A stretch of 64,000 nt of DNA from Dehalococcoidia bacterium. GTDB taxonomy: Bacteria; Chloroflexota; Dehalococcoidia; Lucifugimonadales; Australimonadaceae. This document shows positions 21,254 to 30,520 of this stretch, one piece after another. The notes below the pieces were generated by a model. It was not told the DNA's origin, searched no databases, and saw nothing but the letters and a program-made list of their open reading frames with translations. Position 1 is the first letter of the stretch. Every line of letters starts with the position of its first letter. The translations under genes and the position numbers were made by a program. The stretch covers positions 948,248-1,012,247 of the forward strand of contig OZ241751.1 in NCBI GenBank assembly GCA_965201135.1. The letters run 5' to 3'.

Positions 21254-21505
21254 ATGCGAATCGGCAACTGGGAAGTCTGGAATGACCGCGCGAGCGAGGG
21301 CCGGTACGAGTTCACCGCGTCCAACGGCGTGACCATCTCCCTCTACGAGCAATTCGACGAGGAATACAGCATCACGGCGGACGGCGCACGTGCTCCAGCG
21401 ACCTCTACGGCCCAACGCATTGGAAGCACGACGACACGGGCGAGCCTGCGCCAGAGGATGAGTTCCTTATGGCGGATGTCTCCGCATCGGAAGAGAATCA
21501 GATGA
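21254..21505 (+). CDS. Hypothetical small protein (83 aa) downstream of the methyltransferase-like gene
   Basis: AGGAGG at 21241-21246, ATG at 21254. The first ~45 codons (MRIGNWEVWNDRASEGRYEFTASNGVTISLYEQFDEEYSITADG) have strongly G/C-biased third positions. After ~21385 the bias moves to another frame. Confidence 0.3.
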   Translation: MRIGNWEVWNDRASEGRYEFTASNGVTISLYEQFDEEYSITADGARAPATSTAQRIGSTTTRASLRQRMSSLWRMSPHRKRIR

Positions 21506-21570
21506 ACGCGGGATGCAAGCGCTATAATCGCCCCCGACGACGGACAACCCTGAGCGGAGAGGCAACGCAG

Positions 21571-22848
21571 ATGCTGTCAGCGCAAGTCAACGAGCAACTC
21601 ACCCGCGTCGGCGCGGGAACCCCGATGGGCGAACTGATGCGCCGCTACTGGCACCCCGTCGCCGCGGCCGCCGAACTCGACGAGCGCCCGACCAAGCCCG
21701 TGAAGATCCTCGGCGAGGAACTCGTCCTCTACCGCGACAAGTCCGGCACGCTCGGCCTCATCGAGCGCTTTTGCCCCCACCGTCGCGTCGACCTCTCCTA
21801 CGGCATACCCGAGGAGAACGGCCTGCGCTGTATGTACCACGGCTGGATGATGGACGAGACCGGCCAGTGCGTCGAGCAGCCGTTCGAGGAGACGGTGCAT
21901 CCGGACGGGCGGTTCAAAGAGAAGGTGAAGGTCGCGGGCTACCCGGTTCAGGAGTTGGGCGGGCTGATCTTCGCGTACCTCGGCCCCGCGCCCGCGCCGC
22001 TGCTGCCGCGCTGGGAGCAACTGACCTACGACAACGCAGTGCGCGACGTCGCCATCACGACGCTCCCCTGCAACTGGCTGCAGGCGCAGGAGAACTCCGT
22101 CGACCCCGTGCACACGGAGTGGCTGCACTTCTACTACGGCAACTACGTGCGCGACGGCGTCGCCGCCGCCCCGGAGAGCCAGCCCAAGACGATCAAGATC
22201 GCGTTCGACGCTTTCGAGCACGGCGTCATCAAGCGCCGCCTGCAACAAGGCTTCCCGGAGGACGGCGAGGACTGGGCGAAGGGGCACCCCATAATGTTCC
22301 CCAACATCCTCTTCGTCGGCGACCAGGTGCGGACGACCACCCAGTGGCGCGTGCCGATGGACGACGAAAACACCTACCACGTCTCCTACTACGTCTACCG
22401 CGCCAAGCCCGGCTGCCCCGTCCCCTATCAGGAGAAAGCCGCCTACAGATACACGCCGCTCTACGAGCCGGACGGCCGCTTCTACACGGGCGTGACGTTC
22501 AACCAGGACTATATGTGCTGGATCACGCAGGGCGCGATCGCCCAACGCGACAAAGAGACGCTGGGGCAGTCCGACGTCGGGCTGATTCTCTTCCGCAAGA
22601 TGCTGCGCCAGCAGATGCAGATCGTTGAGGACGGCGGCGACCCGATCAACACCTTCCGCGACCCGGCGAAGGCGAACTACATCGCGCTGCCGATGGAGAG
22701 CGTGAAGCACGGCATCAAGCCGGACGGACGCTACCGCCCTGGAGAGGGCGGCGAGAGCCCCATCGTGCCGATGATCGAAGAGGTTCTGCGGACGTGGGTC
22801 GCCGAAGAGCCCGCCCACGCCCTCCCGAAGGACTTGCACCTGTTCTAG
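21571..22848 (+). CDS. Rieske [2Fe-2S] aromatic ring-hydroxylating oxygenase, alpha subunit (phthalate/KshA-like class)
   Basis: In frame with ORF 21469..22848. Blocks: NEQLTRVGAGTPMGELMRRYWHPV...CPHRRVDLSYG...LRCMYHGW (C-x-H...C-x-x-H Rieske motif). Confidence 0.85.
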   Translation: MLSAQVNEQLTRVGAGTPMGELMRRYWHPVAAAAELDERPTKPVKILGEELVLYRDKSGTLGLIERFCPHRRVDLSYGIPEENGLRCMYHGWMMDETGQCVEQPFEETVHPDGRFKEKVKVAGYPVQELGGLIFAYLGPAPAPLLPRWEQLTYDNAVRDVAITTLPCNWLQAQENSVDPVHTEWLHFYYGNYVRDGVAAAPESQPKTIKIAFDAFEHGVIKRRLQQGFPEDGEDWAKGHPIMFPNILFVGDQVRTTTQWRVPMDDENTYHVSYYVYRAKPGCPVPYQEKAAYRYTPLYEPDGRFYTGVTFNQDYMCWITQGAIAQRDKETLGQSDVGLILFRKMLRQQMQIVEDGGDPINTFRDPAKANYIALPMESVKHGIKPDGRYRPGEGGESPIVPMIEEVLRTWVAEEPAHALPKDLHLF

Positions 22849-23025
22849 GCCGACGCGCCCGCTCAGACGGATTCCCGCCTACGCGCGAATGACGGTTGTA
22901 GGGGCGGAATGACGGGGTGGGCCTGGGCGGGCTATCATTGCGCCCGCATTGGGGCAGGAGCGCCGCCCGATAAGTCCGATTGCGCCCGATGCGGCGCCGA
23001 CACTGACATCAAGGAGGGACGCGCT

Positions 23026-24027
23026 ATGGCGAACGCGGAGCCGACGCGGCTGGAAGTCTCGGTCGGATACGCCTCGATGACCTACGAGATCGTCAGGCCG
23101 CTGATGGAGGGGCGCGTCAAGATCGAGGGCGTCGAACTCGATCCGGTCGAGGAACTGGGGCCGACGCCGACCGGGGACTCGCGGATGAAGACGGGCGACT
23201 TCGGGCTGTGCGACCTCAACATGGGGTACTGGCTCGCGGCGATAGACCAGGGCTGGGACATCGTGGGGCTGCCGATCTTCGTGAAGCGCAAGAGCGCCCA
23301 TTGGTATATGGTCGTCCGCAACGACCGGGGCATCGGCGGGCCGAAAGACCTCGAGGGCAAGCGCGTCGCCACGCGCTCCTTCCGCTCCGCCATCGTGACG
23401 TGGTGCCGCGGCCTGCTGAAGCATCGCCACGGCGTGGACACGTCAACCTTCCGCTGGCTCGTCACGGACGCGGAGGACTACTTCCCCATCTACGACAAGT
23501 CGGCGAGCGTCGAGGTCGTGCAGGACGGCAAGACGAGCGTGAAGGACCACCTGCAGCGTTTGCTGGACGGCGAGGTGGACGCCTTCCTGGGCGACATCTC
23601 CGACCCGGAACTGTTCGGCTGGGTGGCCAGCGACTCGCGCATCCGGCGCCTCTTCCCCGACTACCAAGAGGAAGACCTGCGCCTGTGGCGCGACGAGAGC
23701 GTCTTCACGCCCGTCCATATGATGGTGATGAGCGGCAAACTCGACCGGGAGCGCCCGGATCTGGCGATGCGCGTCTACGACGCGTTCGAGCGCGCCAAGG
23801 CGCAGGCGTACTACGACCTGCTGCGCGACAGGGGCAGTTTCTCCGTGATCTACCTCCGCGAGTACGTGGAGGAGCAGTTCAAGAAGTGGGGCGACCCGTT
23901 CGTCTACGGAATCGCGGCGAACCGGCGGATGCTCGACTGGTACATAGACATCAGCCGCGAGCAGGGGATTATGGCCAAGCGCTACGCCTTCGACGAGGTC
24001 TTCTCGCCGGGCGTTCTGGGCACGTGA
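23026..24027 (+). CDS. PhtD-like (4,5-dihydroxyphthalate decarboxylase family) periplasmic-binding-fold protein
   Basis: In frame with ORF 22909..24027; AGGAGG upstream. YEIVRPLMEGRVKIEGVELD and PKDLEGKRVATRSF match the DRTRPLxDGxVxIxGVD and ADLKGKRIG blocks of PhtD-type proteins. Confidence 0.6.
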   Translation: MANAEPTRLEVSVGYASMTYEIVRPLMEGRVKIEGVELDPVEELGPTPTGDSRMKTGDFGLCDLNMGYWLAAIDQGWDIVGLPIFVKRKSAHWYMVVRNDRGIGGPKDLEGKRVATRSFRSAIVTWCRGLLKHRHGVDTSTFRWLVTDAEDYFPIYDKSASVEVVQDGKTSVKDHLQRLLDGEVDAFLGDISDPELFGWVASDSRIRRLFPDYQEEDLRLWRDESVFTPVHMMVMSGKLDRERPDLAMRVYDAFERAKAQAYYDLLRDRGSFSVIYLREYVEEQFKKWGDPFVYGIAANRRMLDWYIDISREQGIMAKRYAFDEVFSPGVLGT

Positions 24028-24063
24028 CGGAGGCGCGGGCGGCGATGTGGCGCCGGGGGATCC

Positions 24064-24250
24064 AGGGAGACGGGGCTTGCGCCCCGTCTATGGCGCTGTC
24101 GCGCCGAATGGATTCCTGCCTACGCAGGAATGACGGTCATGAGGGCGCGTTGCGCCCCGACCGCAGTACCCTCACCCGCCGCGTTCGCGGCGTCCTCTCC
24201 CCTTATAGGAGAGGGGGGTACGAGATTCCCGCTTGCGCGAGAATGACGGC
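24064..24250. repeat. REP-like module cluster containing an empty MITE target hairpin
   Basis: Modules present: gagacggggcttgcgccccgtct, ggattcctgcctacgcaggaatgacgg and cgccgcgttcgcggcg. cctctccccttataggagagggggg (24194-24218) is the uninterrupted version of the stem that carries the MITE at 10.2 and 54.8 kb. Confidence 0.75.
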
Positions 24251-24314
24251 GCAAAGGGGGCGCTGCGCGCTTGCGGTATGCCTTGCGCTTTGTGCTATAC
24301 TATGCGGAAGCAAG

Positions 24315-26192
24315 ATGTTCCGCGGTCTCGTATCACGATTTTTGAAGAAGCCTGACGCTTCGGCGGCGAGCGCGTCCTCGCCGCCGTCGTCCGCCGTGCC
24401 CGCCGAACGCGATGGGGGGCGCAGGCTACGATCCCGGACGCCTGAGGGCGGCGGGGCGAGCGCGCCCCAGGTCCGTCGCGCCGCGCCGCTTGCGGCTCCG
24501 TCCGCTCCCGCCAGCGACGGCGAAATACAGGGCGGCCGTTCGCGTCGGCGTCGCGGAGGCAGAGGGCGCGGCGCGTCATCCCCGAGCGCAGCGCCGCAAG
24601 ACGCCCCGACCCGCTCCGACCGCCGAGGCGGGCCCGCGCTCAACGGCGTCGCGTCATCTCCTAACGCAACGAACGCGGCGCCGCAAGACGCCGCGACACG
24701 CTCGCGCTCTCCGAGGGAAGGAGAGAAGCCGGATTCTTGGCGGCGGGAGCGGGACGAGGAGCCTCGCGGAGGGCGGAGCCGCGATGCTCCCGCCGACGGC
24801 GTCGCGGGAAACGCAACCCGCTCTGGGCGGGAGCGGGACGGCGAGCCTCGCGGGGGGCGGAGCCGCGATGCTTCCGCCAACGGCGTCGCGGGAAACGCAA
24901 CGCGCCCTGGGCGGGAGCGGGACGGGGAGCCTCGCGGAGGGCGGAGCCGGGGTGCTTTCGCTAATGACGGGGCGCGAGGCGGCGCGGCGTCCCGGGGCAG
25001 GGACCGCCGTCCGCGAGGAGCGCCGGTCGAGGCGCGGGGGCCGGCGCCGAGGAATCGCTCGTTCGGGTCGGCGCGGGTCTCCGAGCCGATCGCGCTTGCG
25101 CTGGAGGAGATGGGCTACGCGGAGCCGACGCCGATTCAGGAACTGGTGATCGAGCCGCTGATGAGCGGCGCGGACATCGTGGGGCAGGCGCAGACGGGCA
25201 CGGGCAAGACCGCCGGGTTCGGCATTCCCATCGCGGAGCGGACGGACGCGCGCGACCGGTTCGTTCAGGCCATCGTTCTCACGCCGACGCGGGAACTGGC
25301 GCGGCAGGTGGCCGGCGAACTCACGGCGATCTGCAGGCGCACGGGTGCGCGGGTGGCCACGGTCTACGGCGGGGCGGGCATCGGGCCGCAGGCGCGGGCG
25401 CTGGAGGGCGGCGCGCAGATCGTCGTCGGCACGCCCGGGCGCGTCATCGATATGCTCGACCGGGGCTCGCTGCGGCTGGACAGGGCGGGCATCGTCGTGC
25501 TGGACGAGGCGGATCAGATGCTGGACATCGGCTTTCTGCCGGACGTTCGGCGCATTCTCCGCTCCACGCCGCGGTCGCGCCAGACGGCGCTCTTCACCGC
25601 GACCGTGCCGACGATGATTCGCCGCCTTATCTACTCCTACCTTCGGGAGCCGCAATGGTTCCGCGTCGGCGAGGAGTCGGAGCCCGTCGAGCAGGTTACG
25701 CAGCGCTATTGCGAGGTGGCGAGCCGCGACAAACTCTCCGCCTTGCTGAGTCTGCTGGACGCGGACGAGCAGACGCTCGTCTTCCGTCGCACGCAAGGCG
25801 ACGTGGACTGGCTGGTGAGCACGCTGGGGCGGCGCGGCGCGGCGGCGGCGGCGATTCACGGCGGGCTTCCGCAAGGCGCGCGCAACGCGGTGATGCAGCG
25901 GTTCCGCGACGGCGAGATCAAACTGCTCGTGTCCACCAACCTCACCTCGCGCGGGATAGACGTGCCGACGGTGGCCAACGTGATCAACTACGACATCCCG
26001 GAGAGCGTCGAGGAGTACGTGCATCGCATCGGGCGGACGGCGCGAATGGGGCGCGAGGGCTCCGCGCTGACGTTCGTGAGCGAGTGGGACTTGGAGTTCT
26101 TCGACGCGATCAAGGCGCACGTGGGCGACGACCTGCAGCCGCTGGAGTTGGGTCTGTACAAGGCGGCGCGGCGCTCGGAATCCCGGCGATAG
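24315..26192 (+). CDS. DEAD-box ATP-dependent RNA helicase with ~240-aa Arg/Gly-rich N-terminal extension
   Basis: In frame with ORF 23208..26192 (residue 370 = MFRGLVSRF). Helicase motifs: PTPIQ, AQTGTGKT, PTRELA, VLDEADQM, LVSTNLTSRGIDV and HRIGRTAR. An 84-nt tandem repeat has units starting at 24745, 24829 and 24913. Confidence 0.85.
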   Translation: MFRGLVSRFLKKPDASAASASSPPSSAVPAERDGGRRLRSRTPEGGGASAPQVRRAAPLAAPSAPASDGEIQGGRSRRRRGGRGRGASSPSAAPQDAPTRSDRRGGPALNGVASSPNATNAAPQDAATRSRSPREGEKPDSWRRERDEEPRGGRSRDAPADGVAGNATRSGRERDGEPRGGRSRDASANGVAGNATRPGRERDGEPRGGRSRGAFANDGARGGAASRGRDRRPRGAPVEARGPAPRNRSFGSARVSEPIALALEEMGYAEPTPIQELVIEPLMSGADIVGQAQTGTGKTAGFGIPIAERTDARDRFVQAIVLTPTRELARQVAGELTAICRRTGARVATVYGGAGIGPQARALEGGAQIVVGTPGRVIDMLDRGSLRLDRAGIVVLDEADQMLDIGFLPDVRRILRSTPRSRQTALFTATVPTMIRRLIYSYLREPQWFRVGEESEPVEQVTQRYCEVASRDKLSALLSLLDADEQTLVFRRTQGDVDWLVSTLGRRGAAAAAIHGGLPQGARNAVMQRFRDGEIKLLVSTNLTSRGIDVPTVANVINYDIPESVEEYVHRIGRTARMGREGSALTFVSEWDLEFFDAIKAHVGDDLQPLELGLYKAARRSESRR

Positions 26193-26216
26193 CGTTAGCC
26201 CGGAGGGGGAGAGGCG

Positions 26217-27926
26217 ATGCGCGCGACGCGGATGCTCCTACGCACGATTAGAGACGACCCCGCCGAGGCGGAGACGGCCAGCCACCGTCTGATGCTGCGC
26301 GCCGGCATGATGGCGCAAACGGCGGCGGGCGTGTACTCCTACTTGCCGCTGGCGCTGCGCTCCATTCGCAAGATCGAGCGGATCATCCGCGAGGAGATGA
26401 ACGCGGCGGGCGGGCAGGAGTTGCTGATGCCCGTGCTGCAGCCCATCGAGGCGTGGCGGCGGACGGGGCGCGACGCGGCGTTCGGGGCGAATCTCTTCCG
26501 GCTGACGGACAGGCGGGAGCGCGTGATGGCGCTGGCGCCGACGCACGAGGAAGTCGTCACCGCGATAGCGGGCGCGCATATCGAGTCGCACCGCGACCTC
26601 CCGCTGACGCTGTACCAGATTCAGACGAAGTTCCGCGACGAGCCGCGCCCTCGCGCCGGCCTCCTGCGGGGCCGCGAGTTCTCGATGAAGGACGCCTACT
26701 CGTTCGACGCGGGGCCGGAGGGGCTGGACGCGACCTATCAGCGCATGCGGGCCGCCTACCGCAACGTCTTCCGCAGGTGCGGGCTGCCCACTATCGAGGT
26801 CGAGGCGGACAGCGGCGCCATCGGCGGCAAGGACTCGCACGAGTTCATTATGCCCGCGGAGAGCGGCGAGGACGTCGTTCTCCTGTGCGAAGAGTCGGGC
26901 TACGCGGCGAACGCGGAGCGCGCGGCGTCCGTCATCGCGCCCGCGCCGGAGGGCGACCCGCTGCCGATGGAATTCGTGGACACGCCCGGCGTGACCACCA
27001 TCACCGGGCTCGCCGAATTCCTCGGCGTTCCCGCGTCGCAGACGCTCAAGGCCGTCTTCTATCGGGCCGACGGCGAGACCGTCCTGGTGACGATCAGGGG
27101 CGACGTCGAGGTCAACGAGGTGAAGTTGAAGAACCTCCTCGCCTGCGCCGACCTGCGCCTCGCCGTCGCCGAGGAAGCCGCCGCGGCGGGGCTGACGCCG
27201 GGCTCTACCTCGCCCGTCGGGTTGGAGGGAGTTCGCCGGATCGGGGACAACTCCATTCTGCAGGGGACGAACTTCGCGGCGGGCGCCAATCAGCCGGACA
27301 ATCACTACGTGAACGTCAACTATCCGCGCGACTTTCAGGTCGACGAGACGGCGGATGTCGCGGCGGCCCGCGAGGGCGACGGCAGCCCGGACGGCAAGGG
27401 CGTTCTCAAGGCGGCGCGGGGCATCGAGGTGGGGCACGTCTTCAAATTGGGGACGTTCTTCACGGAGACGCTGGGCGTCCACTACCTCGACGAGCGCGGA
27501 GAGCGCCGCCCGGTCGTGATGGGCTGCTACGGCATAGGCGTGACGCGCGTTCTCGCCGCCGCCATCGAGCAGAATCACGATGAGAAGGGGATTGTCTTCC
27601 CCGCGCCCATCGCGCCGTTCTCCGCGCATCTGATCGCGCTGAACGCCTCCGACCCCGAAGTGCGGGCGGCGGCGGACGCGCTGCACGAGGAGTTGGAGGC
27701 GGCGGGCTGCGAGACGCTGTACGACGACCGCGACGAGTCGGCGGGCGTGAAGTTCAACGACGCCGATTTGTTGGGCTTGCCCGTTCGCGTCGTGGTTAGC
27801 CCGCGCAACCTGAAGCAGGGCGTCGTGGAGATCAAGCGCCGCCGCGAGCCCGACGCGATCCACGTACCTCCCGACGGCGTCGCCGCGGCGGTCGCGGACG
27901 CGCTGGCGAAAGACGAGTTGAGGTAG
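26217..27926 (+). CDS. proS: Proline--tRNA ligase (bacterial type with editing insertion)
   Basis: 569 aa. N-terminus MRATRMLLRTIRDDPAEAETASHRLMLRAGMMAQTAAGVYSYLPLALR. FRDEPRPRAGLLRGREFSMKDAYSF is class II motif 2. Confidence 0.95.
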   Translation: MRATRMLLRTIRDDPAEAETASHRLMLRAGMMAQTAAGVYSYLPLALRSIRKIERIIREEMNAAGGQELLMPVLQPIEAWRRTGRDAAFGANLFRLTDRRERVMALAPTHEEVVTAIAGAHIESHRDLPLTLYQIQTKFRDEPRPRAGLLRGREFSMKDAYSFDAGPEGLDATYQRMRAAYRNVFRRCGLPTIEVEADSGAIGGKDSHEFIMPAESGEDVVLLCEESGYAANAERAASVIAPAPEGDPLPMEFVDTPGVTTITGLAEFLGVPASQTLKAVFYRADGETVLVTIRGDVEVNEVKLKNLLACADLRLAVAEEAAAAGLTPGSTSPVGLEGVRRIGDNSILQGTNFAAGANQPDNHYVNVNYPRDFQVDETADVAAAREGDGSPDGKGVLKAARGIEVGHVFKLGTFFTETLGVHYLDERGERRPVVMGCYGIGVTRVLAAAIEQNHDEKGIVFPAPIAPFSAHLIALNASDPEVRAAADALHEELEAAGCETLYDDRDESAGVKFNDADLLGLPVRVVVSPRNLKQGVVEIKRRREPDAIHVPPDGVAAAVADALAKDELR

Positions 27927-27927
27927 G

Positions 27928-30261
27928 CTAGGGCTGCAGGTTCGCCGAGTACGGCAGCGTTTTGATGTAGCGTTCGATATACGCGAAGTCAGGGGCGCCT
28001 TTGCTCGTTGCGGGCAACTTTATCTCCGCTTCCTTCAAGCGGGATTGGCTGCACTTTCGCCCATAGTTGTAGCGATATTGCTCCATATTCAGGATTGTGA
28101 CGAGGAACATCGCGACGTAGTCGTTCATTGGAAATTTCGGCGTCAATTTCTCAACGTGGTCGGACGCGGAGAATGAGAATTTTTGGTAGGCGCAGTAGCC
28201 GACAACGGCGCTGTCCACGGTCAAAACGCCGCCGTCCTCGGTCTTGAAGTCGAAGTACCCAGCGACGCCGTTGTTCGTGGACTGAGTCCTAACGTAGGGA
28301 TATACGCCTCGTCCGTAAGTCTCCAAATCCCGCAAAGGAGTAGTTTTAGTGCCGGAGACTGCGAACAACTCGTCGATCCTAAACCATTCCCAATCTGCGG
28401 GAACGAGCGCAATCTGGTTGCTCTGACTCGCGGCAGGCCGGTCAGACACGCTCGGCAGCATCTCGTCCCCGAAGAGATGGGTTGCATAGTCTCGGAGCGC
28501 GTGGCGGAACAGCGCGTCGGAAACCGTAGAGTAGTCGGTCTCCATATACGCCTCCGCGGCCCATTCGTCGCCGGGGCCTACGCGCTTGTTGACGCTGAAG
28601 CCGGGTTCTTGGGTCCGGTTGATGTAGTTAGCGATCCACTTCGCTTTGACGCCTCTCCATTGGCCGAGTTCGTCCACGCGCCCTTTTCCTTTGCGTTTGA
28701 CGAGCCTGTCGTCCTTGTAAAACCCGAAATACACCTCTTTCGCGTCAGGGTGAGGCTTATGGGCGGTGAAGATCATAATGCACGAAACGACGCCGACGTT
28801 CGAATTAAAAAAGAGTTCGTCAGGCATAGACAAGACGCCTTCGAGCGTGTGCCGCTTCAATATCTCCTGCTGCAGCGACTTTATCTTCGCGTTCGTGGCT
28901 AAGGCGCATTGCATAGGAATAATGGCGACGCATGTCCCTCCTTGTTGGAGGCAATCGAGGTTATTGAGGACGAATTCGAGTTCCTCGACATCGCTGGTTT
29001 TGTCGGCTTTGTACGGCGGATTGAGCAGGCCGACGGTTGGGCCTTTTCCGCGAATTTCATCCATAACGGATTGAGTAAAGCAATCGCCGAGGTAGACGTT
29101 GGTCTTCCCGTCTTGATGAATGTACATATTAGACACTGCAAGAGGATAGATGCCGGATTGTATCTCGACGCCGTACAACTGCGAACTCTTTATTCTGGCC
29201 TCCGCGAATTTGTCCCCTTTGGCGTCCGCAATCATCCGGGCCATTGCGCTGATCAAAAAACCTCCTGTTCCGGCGCAATTGTCATAGACCACGGACTCTT
29301 TGTTCACTTGAGCCAATTCCGCGAAGAAATCCGTAATGTGCGGCGGAGTAAGCACGATGCCCAGCCCTTTGTCGCTGTTCGCGTACCGCAAGAATTCGAC
29401 ATACAACTGCCCGATAATGTCTTGATATTCGTGGTTATGGACAAACGAATTGACTTCTTTGTCTATCTGCCAGATGATGTCCAAGAGTTCTCCGGGCTTG
29501 CTCGTCAAGACGGTTTCGGTCTCGATGAACCCGAATTTCTGGTCGAGCACGCTGAGGCGGTCGCCGGAGATGTTCGCCTCTCTCAATTGCGCGGTCACCG
29601 TGTCGGTCAGCATTTTCGCCAAGTTGGCGGGGTTGGTTTCGGAAGTGTACGCCTTCCTGAAGGAGTCGCGCTCCAGCGCGATCAACGCCGCGCTGATGAG
29701 CAGCGCGCGGTTGCTCTCCGCTATCTTGTCGCCGTGCAGCCTCTTGTTCAGGTCCTGCGTGAAAGACAGCAGCGAATCGTAGTCTTGCTGAACCTTCCCG
29801 GGGTCGTTCAGCCATGCGCTGACGTAATCGGCGACAGGCAAGAGCCTTCCGCCGAACATAGGTCTGGGGCGAAATTCGCCTTGGAGATGCAGGTAGTGGG
29901 TGACTTTCAGGTTCCGCGCCCCGGTTCCGCTTACGCCGATGGCGAGGACGTCGCGCCCGTTGGCCAGGTGCGAGGCGTACAGCAGCGCCCCGTCAACCGC
30001 GAAGTCCGCGTAGCGCGAGCGGTCGGGGCTCTCGTGCTTCTGGGGGTCGGCCTTGCACTCCACGACTATCAGGAAGTCGGGGCGGCTCTTGACCGATATG
30101 ATGAAATCGGGCTGGCCATGCCCCTTGCCTTGCTTCGAGGCTGCGGCGAGCAGTTTTTGGATGCGCGGCAAGTCGGACCGCTGCTCTTCGATGACGATGT
30201 CGTCCGCGTAAGCCTTGAAGTGCTCACGGACGATGTCTTCGGTTTTCCGCTCGTTGACCAT
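27928..30261 (-). CDS. Single-chain R-M-S (type IIG-like) restriction-modification enzyme
   Basis: 777 aa. N-terminal PD-(D/E)xK motif: QPDFIISVKSRPDFLIVVECK. MTase motif I is YDNCAGTGGFLISA and motif IV is LLNPPYKADK. The C-terminal HsdS-like target recognition domain reads WEWFRIDELFAVSGTKTTP...GVAGYFDF. The gene is visibly A/T-richer than its flanks, ~50% GC on sampled lines. Confidence 0.85.
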   Translation of the reverse strand: MVNERKTEDIVREHFKAYADDIVIEEQRSDLPRIQKLLAAASKQGKGHGQPDFIISVKSRPDFLIVVECKADPQKHESPDRSRYADFAVDGALLYASHLANGRDVLAIGVSGTGARNLKVTHYLHLQGEFRPRPMFGGRLLPVADYVSAWLNDPGKVQQDYDSLLSFTQDLNKRLHGDKIAESNRALLISAALIALERDSFRKAYTSETNPANLAKMLTDTVTAQLREANISGDRLSVLDQKFGFIETETVLTSKPGELLDIIWQIDKEVNSFVHNHEYQDIIGQLYVEFLRYANSDKGLGIVLTPPHITDFFAELAQVNKESVVYDNCAGTGGFLISAMARMIADAKGDKFAEARIKSSQLYGVEIQSGIYPLAVSNMYIHQDGKTNVYLGDCFTQSVMDEIRGKGPTVGLLNPPYKADKTSDVEELEFVLNNLDCLQQGGTCVAIIPMQCALATNAKIKSLQQEILKRHTLEGVLSMPDELFFNSNVGVVSCIMIFTAHKPHPDAKEVYFGFYKDDRLVKRKGKGRVDELGQWRGVKAKWIANYINRTQEPGFSVNKRVGPGDEWAAEAYMETDYSTVSDALFRHALRDYATHLFGDEMLPSVSDRPAASQSNQIALVPADWEWFRIDELFAVSGTKTTPLRDLETYGRGVYPYVRTQSTNNGVAGYFDFKTEDGGVLTVDSAVVGYCAYQKFSFSASDHVEKLTPKFPMNDYVAMFLVTILNMEQYRYNYGRKCSQSRLKEAEIKLPATSKGAPDFAYIERYIKTLPYSANLQP

Positions 30262-30520
30262 ACTGGCCTCGTCCTAGGCAAGTCGTCCGGCGCGCCGCTC
30301 CCACCTGATGCGTATTACCTACCATATGAATGGAGCAGAGGTCAAGCGCCGGGCGGCGCAACGCCTCGCGAAGCCCAGGATAGCGCCCCCACGCCCGCGC
30401 CACGTTTGCGCTACCATAGGCGCCCGCCATTCCAACGCCTCGGAGGGAACGAACGCTGATGATCATAGACGCCGCGCGGCCACTACGCCGCCGCGCCGTT
30501 GGTCTATGATGCGGAGGCCG

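Noticed and set aside
23208-24314. First 369 codons of the 994-aa ORF fused to the DEAD-box helicase.
   Set aside because: This stretch overlaps the PhtD-like gene in another frame and then crosses REP repeats (MDSCLRRNDG and similar). The helicase most plausibly starts at 24315.
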